DNA of 63,982 nucleotides, counting the filler, from Basidiobolus ranarum (Eukaryota): the NCBI GenBank assembly GCA_040143965.1. It is 3 parts of 3 records of this genome, joined end to end, with 100 filler letters (N's around TTAATTAATTAA, not from the genome) between each part and the next. Parts side by side here need not be neighbours in the genome. Positions count along the whole stretch, not along the records: positions 1 to 23,413 come from JASJQH010000166.1; 2 more parts are not named here. The stretch is one strand, 5' to 3'. Numbering within the stretch: the first letter of the stretch is position 1; every line of letters starts with the position of its first letter. The position numbers were made by a program, and so were the translations under genes. Below are positions 1 through 12,873 of this stretch, piece by piece. The notes under the pieces are model-generated. The model worked only from the letters and a program-made list of their open reading frames with translations, did not search any database and was not told the DNA's origin.

Positions 1-430
1 TTTCCACTACCACTGGAAGGCTTTTTTGGACTTCCAGAATCGCCTGAGGGTTGTGTGGGCTTTTCACTACCGCTGGAGGGTTTCTTTGGGCTCTCATAGC
101 TACCGGAAGGCTGTGTAGGTGTTCCACTACCACTAGAAGGCTTCTTTGGGCTTCCATAATCTCCGTTTGTTGTTGGACTTAAGTTGTAATTATTCGCACG
201 CTTGTGATAGGATCCACTACCACTAGATGGCTGGTTTGGATTTCCATAGTCACCAGAAGGTTGTTTGGACTTTCCACCTCCATTAGGTGACTTTTTGGGC
301 TTTCCATTACTACCAGAAGGTTGCTTTGAATTCCCGTAGTCACTGGATGGTTTTTTAGACTTTCCACCTCCATGAGATGGTTTTTTGGACTTCCCGTTGC
401 CGTCAGAGTTATGCTTTGGGCTTTCGTATG
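1..430 (-). repeat. Degenerate 30-bp (10-codon) coding tandem repeats
   Basis: Units such as ccactaccactggaaggcttttttggactt recur with 30/60-bp periodicity and encode G(S/K)PKKPSSGS / G(K/T)PTQPSG(D/S)Y. Confidence 0.85.
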
Positions 431-1856
431 CATTAGAAGGCTGTTCTGAAGGGCTTACGCTGTAATCAGCGATAGAACGTTTGTAATGGGATCCATAGCT
501 ACCGATAACCCTACCCAGGCCATCGCCCGTAACTGTGGGAGCGTGAACAGTACCTGATGTTCTTTGACTAGTTAGATAACCTGTGTTTACACTTGAATTA
601 TCCAGAATACTAGTAGAATCGCAATCATCATTCCCTTTACTCATGTAGGTTGGAGTAGAGGATGGAATAGTATGTGATTCTTTTCCATTTCCATACCCTG
701 TGTGATGACTTGAAAGGGTATTGGATACAAATGAATTTGATGATTTAGACCCGCTACCCCCTCTATGAGTGGGGTAACTACCACTGCTGGAACTGATAAG
801 AATATCTGTTGATGTGGTGCAGTCTTCGGAAGAATTGATATCGGTTTTAGTAGTGGTTATACTTCCATACGCAGTAGGTAGGATTCCCATTGTTTTACCA
901 CTAGATTTCTTTTTTGTAGTCTTTGAACCACCTTTTCCAGAAATATCTTTGGTCTTGTGGTCATAAGAACCAGTTGAAGTATCGCAATCTTCACTAGATA
1001 TTCCACTCGACTTGTTTTCATCTCCCTTACCCTTGTGACGGGCTTGAGTAGTAGATTTAGCTTTATGCATTTTCGAATGTAATCCAAAATCAAATCGATT
1101 GTCTTCACCATTGGCATCAGCCGTCTTAGTCGGCTTTATAGCCCCTTTGGAAGCATGGGGATGAGCTGCAGTGGTACTACAATCATCGCTAGAATTTCCT
1201 GAAACGGTACCTTTGCCAGTCATTTTACCATTTGCTTTTTTATCTTTATAACCATGATTGATTGACTTGTGGCTGTGACCATCTCCTCCCACGAAAGTTG
1301 GACTATTGTGCTTCGTTTTTGAAGACATTTCAGGCGTCTTCTGACTATCGCATGGTGTAGTTGTTACCGGAAGTGAGTAGCTTGATGTACCGTAGTTATC
1401 TCCACCACTACCAGATGGTAAGCTTGGTACAGAGGCTGAATCAAGAGTAGGTGATCTACTTTTATACCCGCTTTTTGTGGGCTTACCTCCATATGTGACT
1501 GATCCAGTCTGGCTATTACAAGATGTAGATGTCACCATAGCTGGATAGCCAGATGTACCGTAGCTATCTCTACCATCACCAGATGGTAAGCTTGGTACAG
1601 AAGCTGAAGCAAGAGTAGGCGATCTACTCTTATGCCCACCTTTTATAGGTTTACTTCCATATGCGGCTGATTGAGTCACACTGTAGCCAGCATTCGGGTA
1701 GCTTTGAGTTGATGCCACTGTAGTTTCACAGGGTGTTTGTTCACCCCCACCTATCTCAGATGAAGAGTATGGCACAGTACTGTAGGGACTATTTTTCTGA
1801 TATATTGGCACTGCCAATACAACAGAAGAGAGAAAAAAACTTGCCAGAAGCTTCAT
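1..1856 (-). CDS. Secreted Ser/Gly/Thr/Pro/Lys-rich repeat protein, 3' end outside the window (at least 618 aa)
   Basis: Hand translation from ATG at 1856 gives MKLLASFFLSSVVLAVPIYQKN (signal-peptide-like) and stays open to base 1. It has a 56-aa duplicated block (KSRSPTLxSASVPSLPSG), recurring S(S/N)(E/D)DC motifs, C-terminal 10-aa repeats such as GSPKKPSSGS, and two KR sites. It is missing from the ORF track because no stop lies in the window. Confidence 0.85.
   Translation of the reverse strand, partial: MKLLASFFLSSVVLAVPIYQKNSPYSTVPYSSSEIGGGEQTPCETTVASTQSYPNAGYSVTQSAAYGSKPIKGGHKSRSPTLASASVPSLPSGDGRDSYGTSGYPAMVTSTSCNSQTGSVTYGGKPTKSGYKSRSPTLDSASVPSLPSGSGGDNYGTSSYSLPVTTTPCDSQKTPEMSSKTKHNSPTFVGGDGHSHKSINHGYKDKKANGKMTGKGTVSGNSSDDCSTTAAHPHASKGAIKPTKTADANGEDNRFDFGLHSKMHKAKSTTQARHKGKGDENKSSGISSEDCDTSTGSYDHKTKDISGKGGSKTTKKKSSGKTMGILPTAYGSITTTKTDINSSEDCTTSTDILISSSSGSYPTHRGGSGSKSSNSFVSNTLSSHHTGYGNGKESHTIPSSTPTYMSKGNDDCDSTSILDNSSVNTGYLTSQRTSGTVHAPTVTGDGLGRVIGSYGSHYKRSIADYSVSPSEQPSNAYESPKHNSDGNGKSKKPSHGGGKSKKPSSDYGNSKQPSGSNGKPKKSPNGGGKSKQPSGDYGNPNQPSSGSGSYHKRANNYNLSPTTNGDYGSPKKPSSGSGTPTQPSGSYESPKKPSSGSEKPTQPSGDSGSPKKPSSGSG
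1385..1673 (-). repeat. Two-copy 168-bp internal coding repeat
   Basis: accagatggtaagcttggtacaga..gctgaa..caagagtagg.gatctact occurs twice; the gatctact anchors are at 1453 and 1621. Confidence 0.85.
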
Positions 1857-3142
1857 AGTAAAGAATTTTTGTTTGGAATGAAGGATTGAGGTACGAATAA
1901 GTCAATATCAAATTGACTTTTGAAATGATTCAATTGAATATGATGATATTATGATGGATTCCTGTCACTTCTTATATAAGCGACGTTCTCGAAGTTTGCT
2001 TGGCAATCAGGGGACAAGTATAACGCTAGGAACCTCTTAATTAATTATTTCAAGGGGTGATTATCTATTTGCTGGAGTAAACTTCGAGTAATCTTTATGA
2101 AGGAACAATGCTGGACATGAACCAATATCATTAGCGAAAAATAAAAGTTCCCTATTCGATTCATTAATTTGAGACTTGTTTTGTTACTTGACAGTATTAC
2201 CACAAGGGAGTAAGTAGGACCCGATCTGTGTATCGAGCATTCGAACGGGACAAACTAAGCCTGCTTCCACTGCACATGCTTCTTTTCCCATTTTATTAAC
2301 TCACCAAGCACTCGGCATTTGGAGTCATGATTGACTAACTCGACCTACGATTGCTTACGTTTTAGAAAGCTCATATTGCACATGATAACACTAGCAAATC
2401 ATATCCGGTCTTTGTGCGGGCCTGGGTCTTTTATCATATATGATCATTGCTATGGTTTTGCCTATCTATTTTGAATTTCTGTGACTTTTGAGGGTCTCAA
2501 GTCTTGGACACTCCAATATATGTCAAACATGAAGAACACGTTTAGCTGCTGTAAGTGGTGTATCTTCATAGTAGGTAAAATACACATGGCTACGATATCT
2601 TGAATAATCAGTTAACCAGCAAGCACACATTCGTTAACAATTACATAAAATACCTACACCAGTATCTATATTCCTTCCTATACCTATTTGCATAGGGGTA
2701 AGAATATAAGTTCCTTACAAGTAAAAATAACAAAACTACAATGGTAATATATATATATGTATACTATTACAGAACTACGACGACATGATGGTATCAATAT
2801 GGTAAACTGAACGGAGATTATCCAGATCTGATCATACCAATCCCCTGCTTTGTATATAGCCCCTGGTACAGGCCCGAATGGAAAAGATCCTACCGGTTTT
2901 GTGTAAAAAAGATATGCTTGAAACTTTCAATCAGAAATTATCCTAATCTATAGCTACTCCGAGCAAAAAGGCTGTGTAACATATTTTCGTTCAAATTACC
3001 TAAAGTCAAATTTCTATGTTGCTACTCTTACCTCCCTTTTATCTTTTACCATTTGAACTCTCTACCATCTTGCTACTTTACCTTGACCCACTTTGGTGTT
3101 CTACCGGTATAGTATTTCTTATTAATAAACTGTCACGACACC

Positions 3143-3889
3143 ATGACCAACAAATGCAAATCAGTTTGGCAATACTTTGAGCGACTTGAACCCAAAACCA
3201 AGGGTTCGCAACATCGTGCGAAGTGCAGATACTGCCCCCATGAATTTAATGGCCAACCAGCTCGTATGGCGAAGCATTTGCAAAGTCGCTGTGTAGGCTG
3301 CCCTATAGAAGTACGTGAGGCTCTAAACGCTCAAGAAGAATATGTAACTCCTGCCAAGAAACCCTGTCTTGAGTCAGTCCTTCAACTGAACAATTCTGGT
3401 TCACACCCTCATACACCTATTCTACAACAAATGCCTCATATAAGCTCATTGCCATCTACCATCGCCTCTGCTCCTATTTCAATGACCACACCCTCTACCA
3501 CTCCTATGTCTACTTTACATGCTATGGCCTCTGAGTCCAAGCCAGTTAACATCTCAAATCTACATACACCCACATCCCAACATAACAATATGGCGATGAA
3601 TACTCACAGCCTGACTCATAACCAATTTCATAACCAGGTTCAAAGCCAAGATAATTCAGTAAACGAGACAAACTTATCTCAGGATCGAATTGAGAAAGAA
3701 CTCGTCGATGCTACCATTGCTCGTACATTCTATACTACAGGGATACCATTTTCGGTGATAGAAAATCCATCGTTCATGGAGCTACTTCATGCTCTGCGAC
3801 CTGACTACACCCCACCTTCGCGTAAAGAATTGGCTACGATTTTTGTAGAGCAAGATTTGTGGCTTTGCAAGGAAACACCGGCGAAGTAA
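3143..3889 (+). CDS. BED zinc-finger protein derived from a hAT transposase N-terminus (no catalytic domain)
   Basis: VWQYF...CRYC...MAKHLQSRC is a BED finger. C-terminal IARTFYTTGIPFSVIENPSFMELLHALRPDYTPPSR matches the conserved hAT block that precedes the RNase-H fold. The ORF stops shortly after it. Confidence 0.8.
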   Translation: MTNKCKSVWQYFERLEPKTKGSQHRAKCRYCPHEFNGQPARMAKHLQSRCVGCPIEVREALNAQEEYVTPAKKPCLESVLQLNNSGSHPHTPILQQMPHISSLPSTIASAPISMTTPSTTPMSTLHAMASESKPVNISNLHTPTSQHNNMAMNTHSLTHNQFHNQVQSQDNSVNETNLSQDRIEKELVDATIARTFYTTGIPFSVIENPSFMELLHALRPDYTPPSRKELATIFVEQDLWLCKETPAK

Positions 3890-4180
3890 GAGTTTTAAAA
3901 AACCTCCTTTATTTTTCATCAATTAATTTAACATTACTTGCGTCATATAGTAGATCTAATGGTATGATTAATGTTAGAAGATAATTGAGTTCAGTGCAAA
4001 GATGACATCGTGATAACTGGCCAGTTAGATTGGTTTTACCAATTGGCGCCACATGTTTATAAATTTCGATTACAATTGACTAAAGTTTTGTTTATACCCA
4101 TTTGAGAATTTATTTATTCGTTTCAAAGATCAATTATATTATATACATAATAACGATAATAATAAAAATCAATTCATAGA

Positions 4181-4699
<519 letters not shown>

Positions 4700-5238
4700 C
4701 GGACCAGCAAAGATATGATTTTTCGTGAAATAGGAGCGTGATTTGAGATCCAAATGTTATCAAGATCAGATCTGTTGAAAGTTACTTTATCATCCATATA
4801 ACTGGACAATGGAATAAATATCGATGATTAAGCACCTTTTGACATAAACTATACATAGATTCAACAAATGACTTGATTTTTTATACAAGCCTTAGTCGAG
4901 TGATACGAGCTAATTGAACTCTTTTCTCGCCTATTAAATCTCATAACAACGTGCTTAAATTGGAACTTCGTTTCAGTTTAAAATAGTCTCAAGCCCAATT
5001 CTACAATATTCCGGTATATCCCGAATTCCCGCAAGCAGATTTAACTTTACATATAATGTACTGGGCATGCATAAATATCATAAAATGGAAAATCCAATAT
5101 TTCACAATAGATATCCACCTCAAGTGATACTTTTATGATAGTCAGGTGTCCATTCACGTGATTTGTAATGAGAAAGCAAATGGTGATAAATACAGCCACT
5201 TAGTCGAGTTCCTTATATATCAAATTCACTCAATTGTT

Positions 5239-5771
5239 ATGTCCAGTACTCAACGTAAGCCAATCGATTGATATACGTTTGGAGCAACAATATTAACTAT
5301 TAAATTCACTTCACATTAGAGCCGTTCAAAGTATTCCAAAGTGACAAAGATATCGCTCGTTCTCTCAAGTTAGTTGCCACTCGGGACTTTAAGACGGGTG
5401 ATGTTGTTAGTAAGATAGAAGGAAAATCTATCTCTGGGGTGTTTTACCATACCGTTCAAGTAGACGAGAAACAGCATATTGAACTAACTAATGACTTGGC
5501 CTATTGCAACCATAGCTGCGAGCCTAGCATTATTTTTGATACAACTCGAATGGTTACCGTTGCACTCAAGGACCTGAAAGAAGGTGACGAGCTTACCTTT
5601 TTCTACCCCTCGAGTGAATGGGATATGGCTGAATCTTTTAGTTGTGTCTGCGGCTCCAGTCAGTGTATTCATGAAGTTAAAGGGGCCAAGTATTTGACCA
5701 AAGATATCCTCTCTCGATACTTCATTAATGACCATATCCAGGCGCAGTTTTCCCAACTTCAGAGCGCATAA
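5239..5771 (+). CDS. Small single-domain SET protein with post-SET cysteines (intron 5255-5319)
   Basis: Spliced MSSTQQPFKVF...KLVATRDFKTGDVV...YCNHSCEPS...GDELTFFYPSSEWDMAESFSCVCGSSQC contains the SET NHSCxP and ELTxxY motifs and a post-SET CxCGxxxC. Intron is gtaagc...cattag. Confidence 0.88.
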
Positions 5772-6491
5772 CAAACATTCATTTTGACATATTATCCCAT
5801 ATTCTATCAATGTTAAGCCCTCTGACCATAAATAAATCGAGTGCATATTTACATCCCATATACAGCACATATTGTTTCACGTGATACTAAGCTATCATCA
5901 AAACCGAATTCACTTCAGTGCAGACCACCACTGAGTAGGATATTGATACTGACGACATGTTTGATCAATACAAAATCTCTACATGAAGAAAGTTTCTCTG
6001 CAGAACATGTAAACAATTAGGACCACGAAGCATCAATCTCAATCTAACAAATACAATCTTTTGCATCCCCACACATAATCCGAAAATTTGAGAAAAAATG
6101 TGGGGCTTAATGTGTTGATCTAATTTGTGCAAATTAAGCACCAAGCGCTTTTTAAACTTGATGCTTTAGCGTGGAATTTTAGTATCGAACACCAGGCTGA
6201 AGTTACGCGATTCGTGACTGCCATTTCTGTAACCCTGGAATGTTGTATTGGGCAGAAATCTGTCAAAATTTTAATTTTCTATCATCCCCGCAATTCTCGC
6301 TATTCCCCCCAAAAAAAGGAATTTTCGACTCCGGTCAAAAAATTTTGTCATTTACATGTAAGAAGTGGAATAAAGTGAATACTTGTTGAAAGTTGATCTT
6401 TACCCTATATCCCTTCCTCCGGCTCCAAACTCACAGTAGCTTGGGTTAGCCTTACTGTGCAAGTTTCTTTTTTATTTAACTTCTTAACACC

Positions 6492-8820
6492 ATGGCCACT
6501 TTCTTCCGTTCGTTTATGCACGGTAAATCCACCCTTGGTGGTCTCGCTCGCTCTTCTCCTTTATTGAAGGCCGAAGGTCAAAACATTATGCGAGCCTCTG
6601 CTTTCAAGTTTCAAGCTAGATGGTCTTCAGACGAAGCTAACTGCCCCAATCCGCCCGAATGGCAAAAACTCCAGAAAATGAGAAACATTGGTATTTCTGC
6701 TCATATTGATTCTGGAAAAACTACTCTTTCCGAGCGTATTCTTTACTACACTGGTCGTATTAAGGATGTCCACGAAGTCCGTGGTAGAGACAACGTTGGT
6801 GCTACTATGGACTGGATGGAGTTGGAGAGAGAAAAGGGTATTACCATTCAGTCTGCTGCAACTCATTGTCAATGGGGAGAACACCAGATTAATATTATCG
6901 ATACTCCTGGTATGTCTTATGATAGATATAACATTCTTTTATAATTCTTGCTAATTTAGTGGCTTGATAATAGGTCACGTTGATTTCACCATTGAAGTAG
7001 AACGCGCCTTAAGAGTCCTCGACGGTGCTGTACTTGTGCTTTGCGCTGTAAGTGGTGTTCAAAGTCAAACCATCACTGTCGATAGACAAATGAAGAGATA
7101 CAATGTTCCTCGTATTTCTTTCGTGAACAAAATGGATAGACCTGGTGCCAATCCATTCAGAATCATTGATCAAATTAGAAACAAGCTCAAGCTTAATGCT
7201 GCCGCACTTCAAATTCCTATTGGTTCCGAAGCTTCTTTCTCAGGTGTCGTTGATTTGATTCGTATGAAGGCTATTTATAATGAAGGTGAAAGAGGAATCA
7301 ATGTCGTTGAAAAAGAAATCCCCGAGAATTTACGTCAATTGGCTCAAGAGAAGCATAATGAGCTTGTGGAAAGTTTAGCCGACGTTGACGATGAAATTGC
7401 CGATGTTTTCTTGAACGAGGAAGTACCTACTGCTGAACAAATCACTAATGCCGTTCGTAGATCTACACTCGCCACAAAATTCACTCCCGTCTTGATGGGT
7501 TCTGCTATCAAGAATACTAGTGTACAGGCTCTTCTCGATGCCATTTGTGCTTATCTCCCTAACCCCACCGAAGTAGAGAATTTTGCTTTGGACCTTCACA
7601 AGAATGAAGAGAAGGTTGCTTTGATTCCTTATTCCAACCAGCCTTTCGTTGGACTTGCTTTCAAGCTTGAGGAAGGCAAATACGGACAATTGACCTACCT
7701 TAGAGTTTACCAAGGTTGTTTGAAGAAGGGTGCTTTCATTACCCATGCCAAAACCGGTAAGAAAATCAAGATGCCTAGATTGGTAAGAATGCATTCCAAT
7801 GAGATGGCAGATGTCGATTATGTCGGTTCCGGTGATATTTGCGCTATGTTTGGTATTGATTGCGCTTCTGGTGATACTTTCACCGACGGTCAATTAGCCT
7901 ACTCTATGACTTCTATGTTTGTTCCTGAACCAGTCATCTCCCTTTCCCTTACACCCAAATCGAAGGATACCGCCAATTTCTCGAAAGCCTTGAATCGTTT
8001 CCAAAAGGAAGATCCTACTTTCAGAGTTCATGTTGATTCCGAAAGTAAGGAAACCATTATCTCTGGTATGGGTGAACTCCATCTTGATATTTACGTTGAA
8101 CGTATGAGACGTGAATACAATGTTGATTGTGTTACCGGCAAACCACGTGTTGCCTTCAGAGAAACTATCACTCAAGCTGCTGATTTCAACTTCACACATA
8201 AGAAACAATCCGGTGGTGCTGGTCAATTCGGTAGAGTTATTGGACGCATTGAACCTATGGAGGCTAATGAAGAGGGTGAGACTGTTGAGTTCGTCAATGA
8301 AGTCGTTGGTGGTAATATTCCTTCCAACTTCATCCCTGCTTGTGAAAAGGGTTTCAGAGAGGGATTAGAGAAGGGTTTCCTTATTGGACATCCAGTTACT
8401 GGTACCAAGATGATCTTGAAGGATGGTCTTGCTCACGCTGTGGATTCCAGTGAATTGGCCTTCAAGTTGGCTACTTTCTACGCTTTCCGTGAAGTTTACA
8501 AGCAAGCCAAGCCTGTTATCATGGAGCCTGTCATGAATGTTGGTATCACCGCTCCAGTGGAGTTCCAGGGTGCCGTACTTGGTTCCGTCAACAAACGTAA
8601 GGGAACTATTGTAGATACTGAAGTACAAGAAGATTATTTCAGTGCTACCTGTGAGGTTTCTCTTAACAATATGTTCGGTTATGCTACTGAGCTTCGTTCC
8701 GCCACCCAAGGTAAGGGTGAATTCACAATGGAGTACAAGACTCACGCTCCAGTCATGCCTTATGTCCAGGAAGAACTCATTGAAGAATACAAGAAGAAGA
8801 GAGAAGCCGAAAACAAATAG
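6492..8820 (+). CDS. MEF1: Mitochondrial elongation factor G1 (intron 6910-6973)
   Basis: Arg/Ser-rich presequence, then [30 protein letters not shown] across a gtatgt...aatag intron, NKMD, GMGELHL and [10 protein letters not shown]. Confidence 0.97.
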
Positions 8821-9543
8821 ATCATTTTCTTTTCACTATTTATACCCATTTTCCATTTCATGACATCTATTTCATAACTTTTTACACTACACTCAATTAT
8901 CATATTCAAGTTGATGGTCTTGGTATATTCATGTTGCATTCCCAGCTTTATTTTACTTTCTTGCTTTGATGTCTTTGGCATTAGTTCATGCTGCGTGTCC
9001 ATATACTCTTTTATTCAATGTATTCATAGAAGTAGTCACGCAAATTTTATCCCAATAAAAATGACCTATTGGTAAGCACCCGTATCGCACCTGTCATCTA
9101 TTCATACGGATGTATGTCCAAACTAGTCTGCATGTTGTCTAATTAAGCTTATCAATACCACGTAAACTATGTCTGGATTTTATTTTTGACAATCTGAAAG
9201 CTACCAAAGACATGCAATCCGGAAATCGACCATACCAAATGCAATAACAAATTAGATAGATTGTACATACTGGAAATGACATCTTGAAGTAAAAGCAAAT
9301 CAAAAGTCACAACACCTAGAAGCAAATGGTAATTGGTTGGATCAATACAACAACCGGGAAAGAATGTTCTTTATCTCGAAGCGGGTCAATATATAGAAGA
9401 AGTATCATAGGATTAAATTACTATATATGCAACGGTAGAACTTTTCAGTAACAACTTCAATATAAGCTGGACTAGAGCTCAACACATTCTACTCATCTAG
9501 AATTTTTTTACCTTTCTTCTTTTTATGTTTTACTAAGACGAAG

Positions 9544-10915
9544 ATGCATGGATATGCCCGGTCCAACAGTTCCTTTACTTTAGGTAGTCAATCTGAACAC
9601 ACACTACATTTAAATGGGTCCGCTTATACTCAGCAAGAACTCTATCGCGATGATCTCGAGTATATTCAGAAACAAGATATCTGTTTCCCAATTATAGCTC
9701 CTAAAGACGACAGTTATTTTGATTCCGAATCGCTCAACGAATACCTTACTACTGGGCAACATCAAGCCCATAATCATACCAACAAGAGTTTCACTGAGCT
9801 AGATAGTCAGTCTTGTCATGATAATCAAATCCGGTTTTTTTCTCCAGAGAGGGGGAGTATCACTGCGAACTCTCTGTCTGGCTTAGCTTCAGAAAAACAT
9901 ACGCTTGCAGATCTGTTCGGTCAAGATATGTATTGGATTGATTTTCTTAATCCTAGTTATAACGAGCTGAAATGGATCGGAAAGATCTTCCACATTCATC
10001 CACTTACTATCGAAGACATCCAAGGAGCCGAAAGTCGAGAGAAATTCGAATCTTTCCGGAACTATTACTTTGTTAGCGTTCAAGCATTCAACTCTAACCA
10101 GCACTCCGATAGTAATATCCACGATTTAGATAATCCCATCAGCGTCTATAACGTTGTGATGAAACATTGCATTCTTACCTTTCATTATCTTCCGATCTAT
10201 CATTGTGACAAAGTTTTAACCAGATATGCTCGTCTTAGAGATTATCTCGTTTTAACTCCAGATTGGATTAACTATGCGCTGATGGATTCCATCGTGGACG
10301 ATTTTATACCCTTAGAAGATAACTTGGAACTCGAAGCTGACTCGATAGATGAGCTGGTATTTATTCTTAAAGAGTCCGAACAGGCTGATATGCTTCGTAG
10401 AATTGGTCAGGCTAGAAAAAATCTTTCTGGACTTCTTGGGATTTTGAAGCCTAAAGCTGATGTGGTCAAAGCGGTGATAAAAAGGATCACAGCCTTGAAG
10501 TCAGAAGCAACGAATGATATTGGACTCTACCTCGGTGATGTTCAAGGTAATTTTTCATTTGTAAACTCAATCTGAAAACAAACCAATACTAATCACTTAC
10601 ATAATAGATCATATTCTTACTATGGTTCAAAGTGCTGGGTATTTCGAGACGATTTTGTCGCGTGCTCATTCCAATTATCTGGCCCAAATTTCTATTGAAA
10701 TTACCCAAGGAAGTAATGAGATGAATGATGTACTGGGGAAACTAGATATCCTGGCTACTGTTTTGGTGCCAATGAGTCTTATCACTGGTATTTGGGGGAT
10801 GAATGTCACAGTCCCTGGAGAGAATGACGACAACTTATATTGGTTCTTTGGCATCGTCGGATTTATGGTGGTTACGTTCTTTATTAGCATGAGTTACTTC
10901 TCAAAAGTAATCTAA
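9544..10915 (+). CDS. CorA-family Mg2+ transporter, ALR1/MNR2-like (intron 10547-10607)
   Basis: FHIHPLTIEDI, DWINYALMDSIVDDF, LYLGDVQ|DHILTM, the GMN signature (GIWGMNV) and two C-terminal TM helices. Confidence 0.93.
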
Positions 10916-11223
10916 ATCACTCCCTCGACGCGCGGCTCCCCATCTCAACACGCACCCTTGTCTTTTGCCAATTCCCGACCGGCAGATATAGATACAGTCA
11001 CAAATTTCACTGTGAATAGTGTATTAGCCTCTTTATCTAGAACAATCCCCTCGAGCCTCTGCTCCATTATAATACCTGGTCAATAATCCATCTTACTAGT
11101 AGAAAAGAAGTGGTCTAATACTTCATTCAGAATAAAAGATATTTCAGAAGGTCAATTCTTTATTGGCATTCCAAATCACGAGTAATATATAAATATATGT
11201 AAATAATGGTCATGCTTTTGTTT

Positions 11224-12455
11224 TTAAAAGTATACTTCCGAGTCATTTAGGCATTCGGCGACTGTAACAGTTTTGTACCCTTTTGATGTGACATAATCCA
11301 AAACCGAGGCCGTTTCATTAACACTACCTTGGTGTACGTCATGCATCAAAGAAATAAAGCTGTCCTTCTCTGGGTTGGATTTTTTCAGCGCTTTCTTAAA
11401 TGCTTGAAGGTTTTTGGTGGGATTTCCAGCTCCAGCCAATTTCCAATCATTGGTATCAAGGTTCCACTGCACAACACGATATCCTTTTTCCCCAAGGAAT
11501 TTCAGGTTTGCTTCGCTGCATTCGCCATAGGGACAGCGAAAGTACTTGGGGGATTTCCCGATTACCTTGGCGATTGCTTCGGAGGCCGTTCGAGTTTGAT
11601 TCCAGACCTGAGTATCATTTAGTTTAGATAAGGCCAGATGATCGTATGTATGAATGGCTATTTGATGGCCTTCGTTATAAGCACGTTTCAATGTTTCACG
11701 AAGTTTATCACTTTCCAATTGTTTACCTGTATCGAATATACATATTAATTCTAAATTATGGACAATGTACATTTAACATAGTAAGCTTACCAATTACAAA
11801 GAACGTCGCTTTGACCGATTTATTTGCCAGTATGTTGAGTAAACCCTCTGTGAACATACCTGGTCCATCATCGTAAGTGATTGCTACTGAGCCTGGAGTC
11901 ACACAAGAAGTCAACAGCTTTCCAGTAAGAGTGGAAGTATTGTTCACAGGTGCCACTCCATCAGTTTTCTTGGTTTGCTTTTCAGTTTTATCTGTCTCTT
12001 TGGCCTGATTCACATTCTCACTTTCGTGTTTGTGCTTTTTATGATCCTTTCCTTTCTTTTTCTTATCGTGTCCACGGTGCTTTTCAGGGAGAGAGGTACT
12101 AGTAGGTAAAGAAGTACTTGCACTAGTGCTAACACTCATGCTTGTACTCGTACCGGTGCTACTACTTGTTTTCATATCACTAACTGATGTAGTACTATTA
12201 CCAACGTTAGAGCATTGTGATTGACACCCACTTCCACAATAATCGGGACCAATGCCACACCTTTAAAAAGCGAATATTTAAAATCGATGAACGTCTTGTA
12301 TATGGATACTTCAAAGAAACTAACCATCCAAATTCACTGCAACAATATTCACTACTACAAAGTGTTCCACCAGCTTGTTTACCGCACTGTTGAGCTTCGA
12401 CGAACCCGCGCCCAATCATGGCTAGTAAAAGAAGTCCAAGAAAAAGGTTGAACAT
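11224..12455 (-). CDS. Secreted chitin/polysaccharide deacetylase (CE4/NodB) with N-terminal hevein (CBM18) domain (introns 12261-12324 and 11727-11790)
   Basis: Signal peptide, then [39 protein letters not shown] (hevein), a Ser/Thr and Lys/His linker, and CE4 motifs TYDDGP, HTYDH, RCPYG, DTNDW and LMHD. Confidence 0.93.
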
Positions 12456-12873
12456 TGTTAAAGTATTGAAATGTGTGGAGATCCAAGCAATTCAAAGAAA
12501 GGAATAGGACCTTCAGTTTAACCTAGAAAAATGATATCCTTTTATTTTGTCGCAAAGGAGAATTCTTTCCAAGTCACTTTCAGGTAAATTAATTTGTTTC
12601 GCGGAAAATATTTGTCCTCAAACCCAAGGTAGTGTTATTCATTGCAACTATTGAAACTACACTTCTTAATATATCGATGATCCTTGGTTGCAGACACTAG
12701 TTCAATACTGCAACATGTAACAAACAAAGAAAGAACGCATCAATAATATGCAGCTGTATTTATTGAGGTTGAGAGATAGAGTGATGATATGTGAAAGGAT
12801 GAGCTTACAACAAAATGAGAAATGTATGTAAAAATAATAGCAAAATATATGCAATAAAAGTCCGAACTATATA

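Noticed and set aside
1..430. Regular 30-bp periodicity resembling a CRISPR array
   Set aside because: No constant repeat with unique spacers; these are degenerate coding repeats in a eukaryotic gene, and there are no cas genes.
179..1117. ORF-track entries 179-433 and 857-1117
   Set aside because: Out-of-frame shadows of the long secreted repeat ORF.
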